Origin: a virus
Strand: one strand, 5' to 3'
IMG/VR virus record: IMGVR_UViG_3300005563_000031
Location: 32,001 to 96,000 of that record
DNA length: 64,000 bases
Shown here one piece after another: positions 17,129-25,200 of the stretch. A model generated the notes under the pieces. That model ran no database searches. It was given only the letters and a program-made list of their open reading frames with translations, and was not told where the DNA came from. Numbering within the stretch: the first letter of the stretch is position 1; each line of letters begins with the position of its first letter. Made by a program: the position numbers and the translations under genes.

Positions 17129-17203
17129 TGGTGCCTCGAGAAGTGCTCGCACCTTCGTATCTGGGTTTTCAGGCCAGCGCTACTCTGTCTCAGCTATCGA
17201 GGC
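17129..17203 (-). tRNA. tRNA-Phe(GAA)
   Basis: loop CTGAAAA; CCA. Confidence 0.8.
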
Positions 17204-17209
17204 AAATAC

Positions 17210-17295
17210 TGGTCCTCACGGCTGGACTTGCACCAGCACGCCGGTTAAGGCACAGCGTTCTCAACACTGCGTGTCTGCTGTTTCACCACGCGAGG
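17210..17295 (-). tRNA. tRNA-Leu(GAG)
   Basis: loop TTGAGAA; V-arm; A73-CCA. Confidence 0.85.
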
Positions 17296-17302
17296 AATAG
17301 TT

Positions 17303-17551
17303 TCAACGGATCGTTTCAATAGTCTTACCATCCTCGTTCATAATGTAGGCGACGTTGTAGGAACAGGACTGGTCCATTCCCACTGTTACCTCTGTAGTTT
17401 CACCCGGTGCGTCGCCGCACTGTATAACCGCGCACAAGTTTTCCTTGTACGTTACGTGGACGGCTTTCGCCTCACGCACTGATATCGCTTCTGTGTATGA
17501 GGGCTTAGCGGGCGCTTCTGGCCCGTACTTATAGAATTTTACTGTCAACAT
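17303..17551 (-). CDS. hypothetical protein inside tRNA array
   Basis: 82 aa; C-terminal AYIMNEDGKTIETI phage motif. Confidence 0.7.
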   Translation of the reverse strand: MLTVKFYKYGPEAPAKPSYTEAISVREAKAVHVTYKENLCAVIQCGDAPGETTEVTVGMDQSCSYNVAYIMNEDGKTIETIR

Positions 17552-17581
17552 AGTCTACTCGTCCTACTACTGCTAAGAAAC

Positions 17582-17665
17582 TGGTACCTCTGGTGAGAGT
17601 TGCACTCACACACCTTGCGGCGCCGGAATTTGAAGCCGGTGCGTCTGCTGTTCCGCCACAGAGGC
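17582..17665 (-). tRNA. tRNA-Leu(CAA)
   Basis: loop TTCAAAT; V-arm; CCA. Confidence 0.85.
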
Positions 17666-17671
17666 AAAAGT

Positions 17672-17748
17672 TGGTATCCCCGGCGGGAGTTGCACCCGCA
17701 GTTGAACGGATTTTAAGTCCGCTGTGTCTGCTATTCCACCACGAGGAT
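17672..17748 (-). tRNA. tRNA-Leu(TAA), short variable loop
   Basis: GCGGA-CTTAAAA-TCCGT; CCA. Confidence 0.8.
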
Positions 17749-17751
17749 GAA

Positions 17752-17822
17752 TGGGCACCCACGGTTGGAGTCGAACCAACGCTGGTAGCTTAGGAGGCCA
17801 CTTTCGTTCCGCCGACGTGGGT
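17752..17822 (-). tRNA. tRNA-Arg(CCT), short D-arm
   Basis: loop CTCCTAA; ends G-CCCA. Confidence 0.7.
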
Positions 17823-17823
17823 A

Positions 17824-17985
17824 TCACAGATGAACAGTACCTGCGACTACGGTAATGGCGAGGATAAGGCAGATCAGCAGCACCGCAATGTGCAGCAGTG
17901 GGCCCGGTTTGCCTATCATCGACATGATCGTGATGATCGCAGCGGCGATCAAAAATACGAGAACGAGAATTGCAGCAGCACTCAT
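17824..17985 (-). CDS. small two-TM membrane protein (53 aa)
   Basis: AAGGAG RBS; MSAAAILVLVFLIAAAII... Confidence 0.65.
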   Translation of the reverse strand: MSAAAILVLVFLIAAAIITIMSMIGKPGPLLHIAVLLICLILAITVVAGTVHL

Positions 17986-18043
17986 GTTGGAAACTCCTTT
18001 TCTAACACGGGTGGGCGGTAGCAAGTAACGCTCCCGACACAGC

Positions 18044-18116
18044 TGGCACCCTCGGTTGGAGTCGAACCAACAGTCTGCGGCTTAGAAGGCGCGCTACCGA
18101 TCCGGCCGGCGAGGGC
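18044..18116 (-). tRNA. tRNA-Arg(TCT), short D-arm
   Basis: loop CTTCTAA; CCA. Confidence 0.7.
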
Positions 18117-18122
18117 GAAGGG

Positions 18123-18194
18123 TGGAGCGGAAAATGGGAGTCGAACCCATCAGCGGCGTCGTTGGCAACGATACCTCACACCATGTGCATCCGC
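18123..18194 (-). tRNA. tRNA-Gly(GCC), short D-arm
   Basis: loop TTGCCAA; U73-CCA. Confidence 0.75.
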
Positions 18195-18202
18195 ATGTTC
18201 AG

Positions 18203-18340
18203 TTCTTTCGTCCGTCCCACTGTTGCATTATGGGCAACCACCCGAGAGGATTTGCCGCTACCTCTGACATCTCCCACTTAAAGGAGGGAGCGCTCTGGTG
18301 CTCTGAGCTACGAGTGTTATCAACAGTCGCCACGAAAGAA
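18203..18340 (-). ncRNA. tRNA-like RNA with enlarged anticodon and T loops on an extended stem
   Basis: core 18239-18316; outer stems TTCTTTCGT/ACGAAAGAA and ACTGTTG/CAACAGT; no CCA. Confidence 0.6.
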
Positions 18341-18342
18341 TT

Positions 18343-18418
18343 TGGTGCATGCTGTTGGATTCGAACCAACTGCCTCCCGGTTATCAGCCGGGTGCGCATC
18401 CGTATGTGCCTCGCATGC
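18343..18418 (-). tRNA. tRNA-Ile(GAT)
   Basis: CCCGG-CTGATAA-CCGGG; CCA. Confidence 0.9.
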
Positions 18419-18535
18419 GAAATAGATGTGGGTATTTGTCCGGCACCCACCGAGCCGTGCGGCTATTGCAGCGTAACCGCGACACCTCCAGCGCTTGCAT
18501 TGGCACTGGACCGGGCCGTTAAAGGTGTAGTGAAG

Positions 18536-18623
18536 TAGGATGTTTGGATTTGCACCAAGACCTCTGTTATTCCGCACGTCTGCGGATTCGACAGTGCTCT
18601 TCTATGACTGAGCTAACACCCTA
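18536..18623 (-). ncRNA. anticodon-less tRNA-like RNA
   Basis: acceptor, D-arm GCTC/GAGC and T-arm present; anticodon loop replaced by internal loop plus TCCGCA-GACG-TGCGGA; no CCA. Confidence 0.65.
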
Positions 18624-18645
18624 CATATTCACTATACCTTGAAGT

Positions 18646-18720
18646 TGGTCGGAGTAGTAGGAATCGAACCTACCTTGTCGTGCTCCCAAAGCACGCGATC
18701 AGCCACTGACCCACACTCCG
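18646..18720 (-). tRNA. tRNA-Pro(TGG)
   Basis: CGTGC-TTTGGGA-GCACG; CCA. Confidence 0.9.
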
Positions 18721-18777
18721 ATGGCGAGTGTCTCTCCGCTCCTGTCACGCCTGGATCGCCCGGCGTTCGGCATTGGC

Positions 18778-18855
18778 TGGTGCGGGTAGCAGGATTTGAA
18801 CCTACGGCCCCGTGCGCCCGAGGCACGTGCTCTGACCAGACTGAGCTATACCCAC
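18778..18855 (-). tRNA. tRNA-Pro(CGG)
   Basis: CGTGC-CTCGGGC-GCACG; CCA. Confidence 0.85.
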
Positions 18856-18865
18856 ATGTTAGAAT

Positions 18866-18942
18866 TGGAGCACCCGGCCGGACTTGCACCGACGATTTTA
18901 ACGCTTTGCAGGCGCCTGCATTTGCTGCTCTGCCACGGGTGC
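18866..18942 (-). tRNA. tRNA-Cys(GCA)
   Basis: loop CTGCAAA; U73-CCA. Confidence 0.85.
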
Positions 18943-18946
18943 GTGT

Positions 18947-19020
18947 TGGAGGGTCGTAATGGAGTCGAACCATTTATGGAGTCCGGTCACAGCGGAGTCC
19001 GGCTACCGAGCCAACGGCCC
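18947..19020 (-). tRNA. tRNA-His(GTG), U73 and no G-1
   Basis: loop CTGTGAC; CCA. Confidence 0.75.
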
Positions 19021-19116
19021 ATTGTTTGTGCCTTCCCGCGCACGGCTTGCGGCCGGTCGATCGCGTGGCGCGAGTCACGGCGCACTCCGAGGTGCGCTGG
19101 GCTTGATCGACAAAGT

Positions 19117-19204
19117 TGGTACCTCTGGAGGGAATTGCACCCCCATGCCGTTTTACGGGCGCTGCGGTCTGAACGCAGTGTGTCTTCTGTTTCACCACAG
19201 AGGC
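19117..19204 (-). tRNA. tRNA-Leu(CAG)
   Basis: CTGCG-TTCAGAC-CGCAG; V-arm; CCA. Confidence 0.85.
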
Positions 19205-19346
19205 AAAATGAGCATTAGGACAGTGCGCTGGTGCCGCGTTGGCATTCGCGCAAACCTCCGTTAGACAGCGCTATCTAACATCATCGATCCTGCTTTATAC
19301 AGCTTGCATAGCCCCACTCGATATGGGACACGGCACTGTCCTAATT

Positions 19347-19421
19347 TGGTAGACCGTACGGGATTCGAACCCGCCTAACATGCTTGAAAGGCACGTTGCA
19401 TCACCGAGACGCATACGGTCC
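19347..19421 (-). tRNA. tRNA-Glu(TTC)
   Basis: loop CTTTCAA; CCA. Confidence 0.8.
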
Positions 19422-19596
19422 GTAAAATTTAAGTGGCTCTGGCGCATAGGGGTACTCGTGTGAGGCGCATGCGCCACTGGCGGAGACAGGTACCTGGCAC
19501 GACTTACGCACCGTTGCTGCGTCGTAACCTGCGCTGGCTTGCCAGGCGAGAGCGGTCTGTGCGGCAGAGCTACTAAGTATACCGCACGACAAACAC

Positions 19597-19674
19597 TGGT
19601 AGACGTGACGAGACTCTAACTCGTTAGGCTACGGTTGAGAACCGCACTGCGCGAGACACTTTGCATTCACGTCC
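19597..19674 (-). tRNA. tRNA-Glu(CTC)
   Basis: TGCGG-TTCTCAA-CCGTA; CCA. Confidence 0.8.
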
Positions 19675-19682
19675 ATAAAAAT

Positions 19683-19754
19683 TGGTGGAGCTGTCGGGAG
19701 TTGAACCCGCAGGGTTTCCTTGCAAGGGAGACCCGTTGCCCGCAACACAACCCC
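19683..19754 (-). tRNA. tRNA-Ala(TGC), short D-arm
   Basis: G3:U70, loop CTTGCAA, A73-CCA. Confidence 0.8.
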
Positions 19755-19856
19755 GTGGTTCTTTGGTCTAGCCCAACATCTGACGGCTGGGCAGGCGCAC
19801 ATAACAGCAACGTCACCGGTAATTAACTGCTACATGTTGATCGCTTTTCGACTTAC

Positions 19857-19932
19857 TGGTAGGCCGCCAGGGATTCGAACCCTGGACCAACTGGTTAAGA
19901 GCCAGCTGCTCTTGCCGCTGAGCTAGCGACCT
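19857..19932 (-). tRNA. tRNA-Lys(CTT)
   Basis: GCTGG-CTCTTAA-CCAGT; canonical; CCA. Confidence 0.92.
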
Positions 19933-20030
19933 ATAAAGTTACGCTTCCGGTCATCTGCGCCGAATATCCCGTGGGCTAGTACCCACATGCTACAGGACAT
20001 GGACGGGCGTACAGAGCCGGACTTGCGTTC

Positions 20031-20121
20031 TGGTGCGTCGCGGATGGAATCGAACCTCGTGCCCTAAAGGGACCTGGTTTACAGCCAGGCGAGCGGCCAC
20101 CACTCCTTACTTGCGCAACGC
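20031..20121 (-). tRNA. tRNA-Tyr(GTA)
   Basis: CCTGG-CTGTAAA-CCAGG; V-arm; CCA. Confidence 0.85.
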
Positions 20122-20126
20122 ATGGT

Positions 20127-20198
20127 TGGTACCCGATGTGAGGATTGAACTCACTCCACCAACTTTGTAGGAGTCGGCGCCGTCCCAACGGTCCGGGC
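20127..20198 (-). tRNA. tRNA-Val(TAC), short D-arm, C33
   Basis: CGACT-CCTACAA-AGTTG; CCA. Confidence 0.7.
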
Positions 20199-20432
20199 AT
20201 AAACAAAAAGGATGACAATAGGCGTGCATCAGACGCCTCGTTTTACGTCACGGCTCGCGCCGCTTGGCTAGCTGCTCGCAGGTGGTCCGTAGACCACCAT
20301 TTTCGTCACCGCTTCTACCAGCGGCTCCTCGAACGTCGTTAGGCCGACTACCCAGCCAATTCTCGTATCCTCAAAAATCGTTGACGACCTATTTTTTATC
20401 GTGGTCAGCCGTCAGTGTTTTCCAGTCCTTTT

Positions 20433-20504
20433 TGGCGCCTCCAACGGGACTCGAACCCGTCACCCACTCGATAGACAGTCGAGTTTCACCCCAGGTGTAG
20501 AGGC
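20433..20504 (-). tRNA. tRNA-Asp(GTC), short D-arm
   Basis: CTCGA-CTGTCTA-TCGAG; G73-CCA. Confidence 0.75.
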
Positions 20505-20520
20505 AGGTTCTAACACTTAG

Positions 20521-20594
20521 CTGTAGGCCTGGGGCTCGAACCCAGCGCATCTCCGTTAACAGCGGAGCCTACACGCCCGGTGCAGTTGCCTACA
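20521..20594 (-). tRNA. tRNA-Asn(GTT), no CCA, flanks extend the acceptor stem
   Basis: CTCCG-CTGTTAA-CGGAG; G73; flanks TCTAACACTT/AAGTGTTAGA (20509-20607). Confidence 0.8.
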
Positions 20595-20609
20595 GCAAAG
20601 TGTTAGATT

Positions 20610-20683
20610 TGGAGCGGACGGTGGGAATCAAACCCACCTCATTGCGTTGGAAGCGCAAGGCCCAGTCACTAGACCACGCCCGC
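20610..20683 (-). tRNA. tRNA-Gly(TCC), first gene of array
   Basis: TTGCG-CTTCCAA-CGCAA; U73-CCA. Confidence 0.9.
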
Positions 20684-20705
20684 TCAAACCTAAATGTCAA
20701 CCGAA

Positions 20706-20718
20706 TTGTTAAAGAACG
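20706..20718 (-). promoter_or_regulatory. rrn-type boxA antitermination element
   Basis: CGTTCTTTAACAA fits GYTCTTTAANA, ~22 nt before first tRNA. Confidence 0.7.
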
Positions 20719-20930
20719 TCCGGTGATTTAGTTTGGGGGTGTTGGAAGGAGAGCGGTTGCTTTCCTTTTTGGCCCCCGTCCTGCACCGGGGGCAGGAGGG
20801 ATTAGAGCTTGGTACCTTCGAGTCGGGGCGCTGTTGGCATAATATTCCAACTATCGCGCCCAAACGTCGCCGCGACGACACATTGCTGCGCCGGATAGGC
20901 TAGACGTGAAGGTACTAAGGATCTAAACAT

Positions 20931-20966
20931 GTCTATATACTAAATTCGATTCGATACACATTGCAA
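20931..20966 (-). promoter_or_regulatory. promoter of tRNA array
   Basis: TTGCAA-18 bp-TAGTAT; contains the early-promoter box GTCTATATACTA in inverted orientation. Confidence 0.6.
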
Positions 20967-21156
20967 GTACTTTCGTAAAAATGCCGGGAGTGGTCAGCTC
21001 CCGGCGAAAGTTACGGACGTATAGCGCAGTGGAAAACCTCGAGAACAACAACACCGAAACTCGAGGCCCATGGTCTGTGCGCGTCAACATCCGGCAGTCG
21101 ACACCTACAAGGGAGGTCGTAAGTGTTTTACCGACTGCATTACAACTATACGCGCG

Positions 21157-21456
21157 TCACCAGTAGTAAACGTGTGGCCGGCGGTAGCTCGGGAAATTAA
21201 GGCTGTCCGGATCGCGACCCAGCTCGATAAGCCGTTCAAGTTGATTTGACCGGATACGCGCGGGGCGAATGTGCATCGTGCGATTCCACTCGCCGGAGGG
21301 CTCGGTCATAATTTGCAAACGCTTGTTGGGGTGTTGCTCATAGCGATACACATCCGGACGATACCAACACGGACGGTAGTAGCCGTAAGCAATGAGAATA
21401 CGCACACGATGTGCACGTGCAACGCGCTGCTGCCAGCGCCGTAAGGATCGCTTCAT
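21157..21456 (-). CDS. small Arg-rich hypothetical protein
   Basis: 99 aa; GGGAG RBS inside a hairpin. Confidence 0.65.
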   Translation of the reverse strand: MKRSLRRWQQRVARAHRVRILIAYGYYRPCWYRPDVYRYEQHPNKRLQIMTEPSGEWNRTMHIRPARIRSNQLERLIELGRDPDSLNFPSYRRPHVYYW

Positions 21457-21555
21457 GTCGAAAGACTCCCGTTAGGTTATCTAATTCGACATGAAGTTCT
21501 CCTCATAGTGGTTCAAAGGTCGCAGTTTCAACGAACGCCTGCTAAGCGCAATCAA

Positions 21556-22002
21556 CTATACCGGATAGGCGCCGGTGAGCAAATAGTTAGCAAGCCGATT
21601 CGCGCGCTTTTCATGCACCTGCGTGCGCCACTTGCTGTTCAACAATTCGTCGTGCGCCGCCTTCCAGTTATGGAGCCGGATCGCGGCTCGCGTATCGACA
21701 AATCCCAGCCACCTCCCCGCACCCATGTTGAAACACAATTCAACCACCGCGTTGCGCCGACAATCCGTATCCAAGTACGGCCACTCCGGTGTCCGCTCCG
21801 CGCCCGCGAGTGCCTTCTGTAAATCCACTGTACGCCAATTATCCGCTTGCTGTTGGGTGATCGTGTACCCACTCCACTGTAGCATGGGGTCTAGTCTGTG
21901 TCCCCACCCGACGGTCCACCATCCTTCGGTGTCGACATAGGCGGTAAGTTCGCACCGCTCGCTGGTGTTGATATCCCTAATAAGCCGTGCATCGAAGTCC
22001 AT
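21556..22002 (-). CDS. endolysin, T4-type lysozyme (GH24)
   Basis: E..ELTAYVDTEGWWTVGWGH, ELCFNMG, SKWRTQVHEKRANRL. Confidence 0.9.
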   Translation of the reverse strand: MDFDARLIRDINTSERCELTAYVDTEGWWTVGWGHRLDPMLQWSGYTITQQQADNWRTVDLQKALAGAERTPEWPYLDTDCRRNAVVELCFNMGAGRWLGFVDTRAAIRLHNWKAAHDELLNSKWRTQVHEKRANRLANYLLTGAYPV

Positions 22003-22238
22003 TTTCCATCCTTGCCCCGGAACCGAGCTTCTGGACGTGGGGTGTGGTGAATTACTTTCCGTGTAACAATTTCAATCGAGTGGTATTGTGGATCCAACTG
22101 CCCCTCAATCGGCTCGTGGTCGGGCGGTGCGTTATTGCGTGCAAAAGCCTGCACCTGCTCCTCGTTCGCATGATTCGTGCTCACGAAACTGTCGTGAATT
22201 ACGCCTGTGTCTTTATGGTAAAAATGAAAGTGTCTCAT
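21891..22238 (-). CDS. hypothetical protein (tail-associated?)
   Basis: ATGA overlap with tail-tip gene; long 3' overlap with endolysin. Confidence 0.5.
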   Translation of the reverse strand: MRHFHFYHKDTGVIHDSFVSTNHANEEQVQAFARNNAPPDHEPIEGQLDPQYHSIEIVTRKVIHHTPRPEARFRGKDGKWTSMHGLLGISTPASGANLPPMSTPKDGGPSGGDTD

Positions 22239-25200
22239 CGAATTACAAACTCTATATCTACGACCACCGAGCCGTAATTAATTGTTTGACTGCCGGAGGA
22301 CGGTACTACAATGGCAGTGCCGCCTGTGATGAAATTATAAAAGCCCGCTTTATACGTAAAGGGTAACATGGCTTGCAAAGTAATGGATTGGACAGCGCCG
22401 CTGCCGGTGGGAACGACTTGCAGGGGTGTAAAGAACGCGCTTTGGGCGACAGCGGGATCATTGCCTACAATGGGCGATCCGGTCGGGGAGTTAGACCACT
22501 GCCGCAGCCCCCACACACCCATTTTTATATCACCAAACGTACCTGCTACCTGCGCCGCGTTCAGTGTCGCGGTAATGATCATCGTACAGTCGTAATTGGG
22601 AGCGGGTGTTGCGTTGAGATACGAGAAGTACCACGTGCCCGCCGGATTCGTTACACCGGTGGTGGTGGTGGAAACGCCACCCGAAGCAATGAGCGTGGCC
22701 GCGTTATTGCGAATTTGTACGGTATCTTGGAAGAGTGCATCCGGTGTAGGACCGTAGTCCACGGAGTTAATAGCTGCGCCTACAGCGTAGAAACTCGTAT
22801 CCAAATACACTGCCGAGCCGGTCGGTACGCCCAGTGACGCACCGGTCGCTGAATCTAGTACCGATCCATTTTTCAAAAATCTGAAGGTAGTCCCGTCCCA
22901 CGTCACCCCCAGCACATCGGTTGTGAGGTAAGCAGCGCCCGCCGTAACGCCTGTTCCATTTTTGAAAATGTAAAGGGCACCGCTTACTGTACAATCAATC
23001 GCCGCTGTAATTGTGCTGTAACCAGAATCAAGTCCCGGCCTTACCCCCAATCCCACCATTACGTCCGTTAACGCACTTACCTTCCAAAACACGTGCGCTG
23101 TAGGATATCCCTCAAGCGAATACACATCCGCATTCCAACCCGCCGTCGTGTTGGCAAGGTTTTTAGCAAATGTGACCCCATTTACTGACGTGCCGTTGCG
23201 GGCAACAAAAGGAGTGGGGGTGGCTGGATTCAACAATCCAAAATAAACGTTGTCGAATACGAAGTTGGGCGAGTTCAACGAACAATCAAAATACAGCGAC
23301 TTACCGGGAGCCGGTATTGTTCGCCAATTAATGTTGTCGGCAAAGTAGGTAACAAATTTACCGTCGTACCGTATCTCGAGTAGCGTGTCGGTAGTAGCGG
23401 TAATGGGAATCGTATCAACCAATCCCCCATTTTCATAGATTTGGTAAAATCCACCCGACACGTACCACGCGTAATCCAGTGACGCGAAACTCTCATCGGT
23501 AAGGGGGTCTGAATTTAACCCAAACATGCCGTACAACATAGGCGTGCGCGTAACCACCCGAGCAACACAACCGCCCGAAAGCGCATCCTCGCTATAGCAA
23601 TCTGAATCCCATGCGGCGGCGGCGTTTAACTTCTTGTAAATTTGATTGCCCGTGCATACCGCGCTGTTGCGCGCCACTAACGGCAAAGCGCCCGGTGCTT
23701 CGAGCACACCTGCGTTCTGCCCTTGGAAAAAGCCCTGGTATGCAACTTCCTCTGACAGCGAGCGTACGCCTCCACCAAACAAGTTGAATGAAACAAACTT
23801 AGCCCAGAACGGCAGCCCCGCGTAACCGGGATCAAAAGCGAGCCGGAAAATGTCCTGGTCAATAACGGCAAAATTGCTGCCCGCCGGATGCGCAACAGTG
23901 TTCGTACTACCGTATTTACCACGCCGAAGGTATGTGAGCACAAACGCGTTGTCACCTAACGCCTGGGCCGTCTGATAGGAAATAATTTCTCCATCCACGA
24001 TGCACGGTGTTAGAATATTGTCCGCATCCGCCCGTGTACCTGAAGTCATTGTTAGAGGGCTAGACTGAAGTAATTGCACCGACACGCTGTTGGCGGTATC
24101 GGGGTCATTCCCCGCTGGTAGCAACTGCGTCGTCGTGCCATAACGACTTGGCGCATCCACCACACCCACACGCCAATACGTGATATTGTCGAGCGACAAG
24201 TACACCCCGCACCCGCCCCATTCGCCCCCCGCACCGCCTACCGCAATCCCCAGCTCATACCCGTTTGAAGCGGGCGCCGCGAGCGAGGGCGGGAATGTGA
24301 ACATGTAGGGTTTAGCAACAGGTCCCGGATCACCTAAGAAGTTCTGCACGTAGGCTTGTGCAAATTGATTGTTGTAAAGGGGCGCGGCGGCCGGACCAAC
24401 AACCATTTCCTCCGCGATAATTTCAATCGTGTCATCAGGATTGTCGGTAACGTCCGTAATGCGCACGAGCTGATTAACAATGCCCATCCGGCTATCGTTG
24501 ATCGCTATAAGGTCCATCGGCTCAAGCAAACAAAAATCCGCCCGCAACTTGAAAGCAAACGTATTGCGGATGTACAGATTGCGGTTACACATCAACGTGG
24601 CAATTTGATGCGCAACTGCTCGGTTCTTAATCAAATGCAGCGAAACAGCAGACTGCACCCGCAAGCCGTTTGTTGCGACGTCCAACTCGTCGCGATACTC
24701 CGCAATGGCCGTGTTGTATTGGTTTGTGCGATCAAGGAATTCTATCCGCCAACAGTTAAAGGTCTGATTGGCAGGGATAATAGACACCGTAACGGGCGCC
24801 GAGGTGCCGGTGTTAGGATCTATCGCATAGTCACTGTCGTCAATCGAGTAAAGTGGTGTTAGATTTGGAGTATAGGTAACTCCATTACCCGTAATCGCCG
24901 TATCACCATATGGAACAAATCGCAAGCCTGTACCCGGCGACCACACGCAGTTGCTATTAGTCGCTTGCAGTACTTCGTTGATAAAGTCCTGCGCGGCACG
25001 CTGCTGCTGTTCACAGGCTGAGAAAAAGAAGTTGTTGGCTGTGCAGTAGGTTTGGAACTGATCACTATCTACCGGAGCAAGATAAGGGAAATTCGCCCCG
25101 TGATTGGGATCTGTGCAATAGTCAACAAGAAACACCGCCGGATGCGCATCCATTGTGCTTGTGTAAAGGCACATACCGGATACTTCAAACGTGTAATTCG

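Noticed and set aside
13987-20500. Many 60-180-aa ORFs from the track across the tRNA array
   Set aside because: They are antisense or overlapping shadows of tRNAs and structured RNA with no protein-like motifs
13760-20683. Theta/HDV-like ribozymes at tRNA 3' ends
   Set aside because: I could not build the nested double pseudoknot after any tRNA by eye and most tRNAs encode CCA; a descriptor search is still worthwhile
13760-20683. Suppressor tRNAs or stop-codon recoding
   Set aside because: No CTA, TTA or TCA anticodon found; long genes are intact in code 11 and all three stops are used
20765-20800. Intrinsic terminator in the array leader
   Set aside because: The T-run lies on the wrong side of the hairpin for either strand
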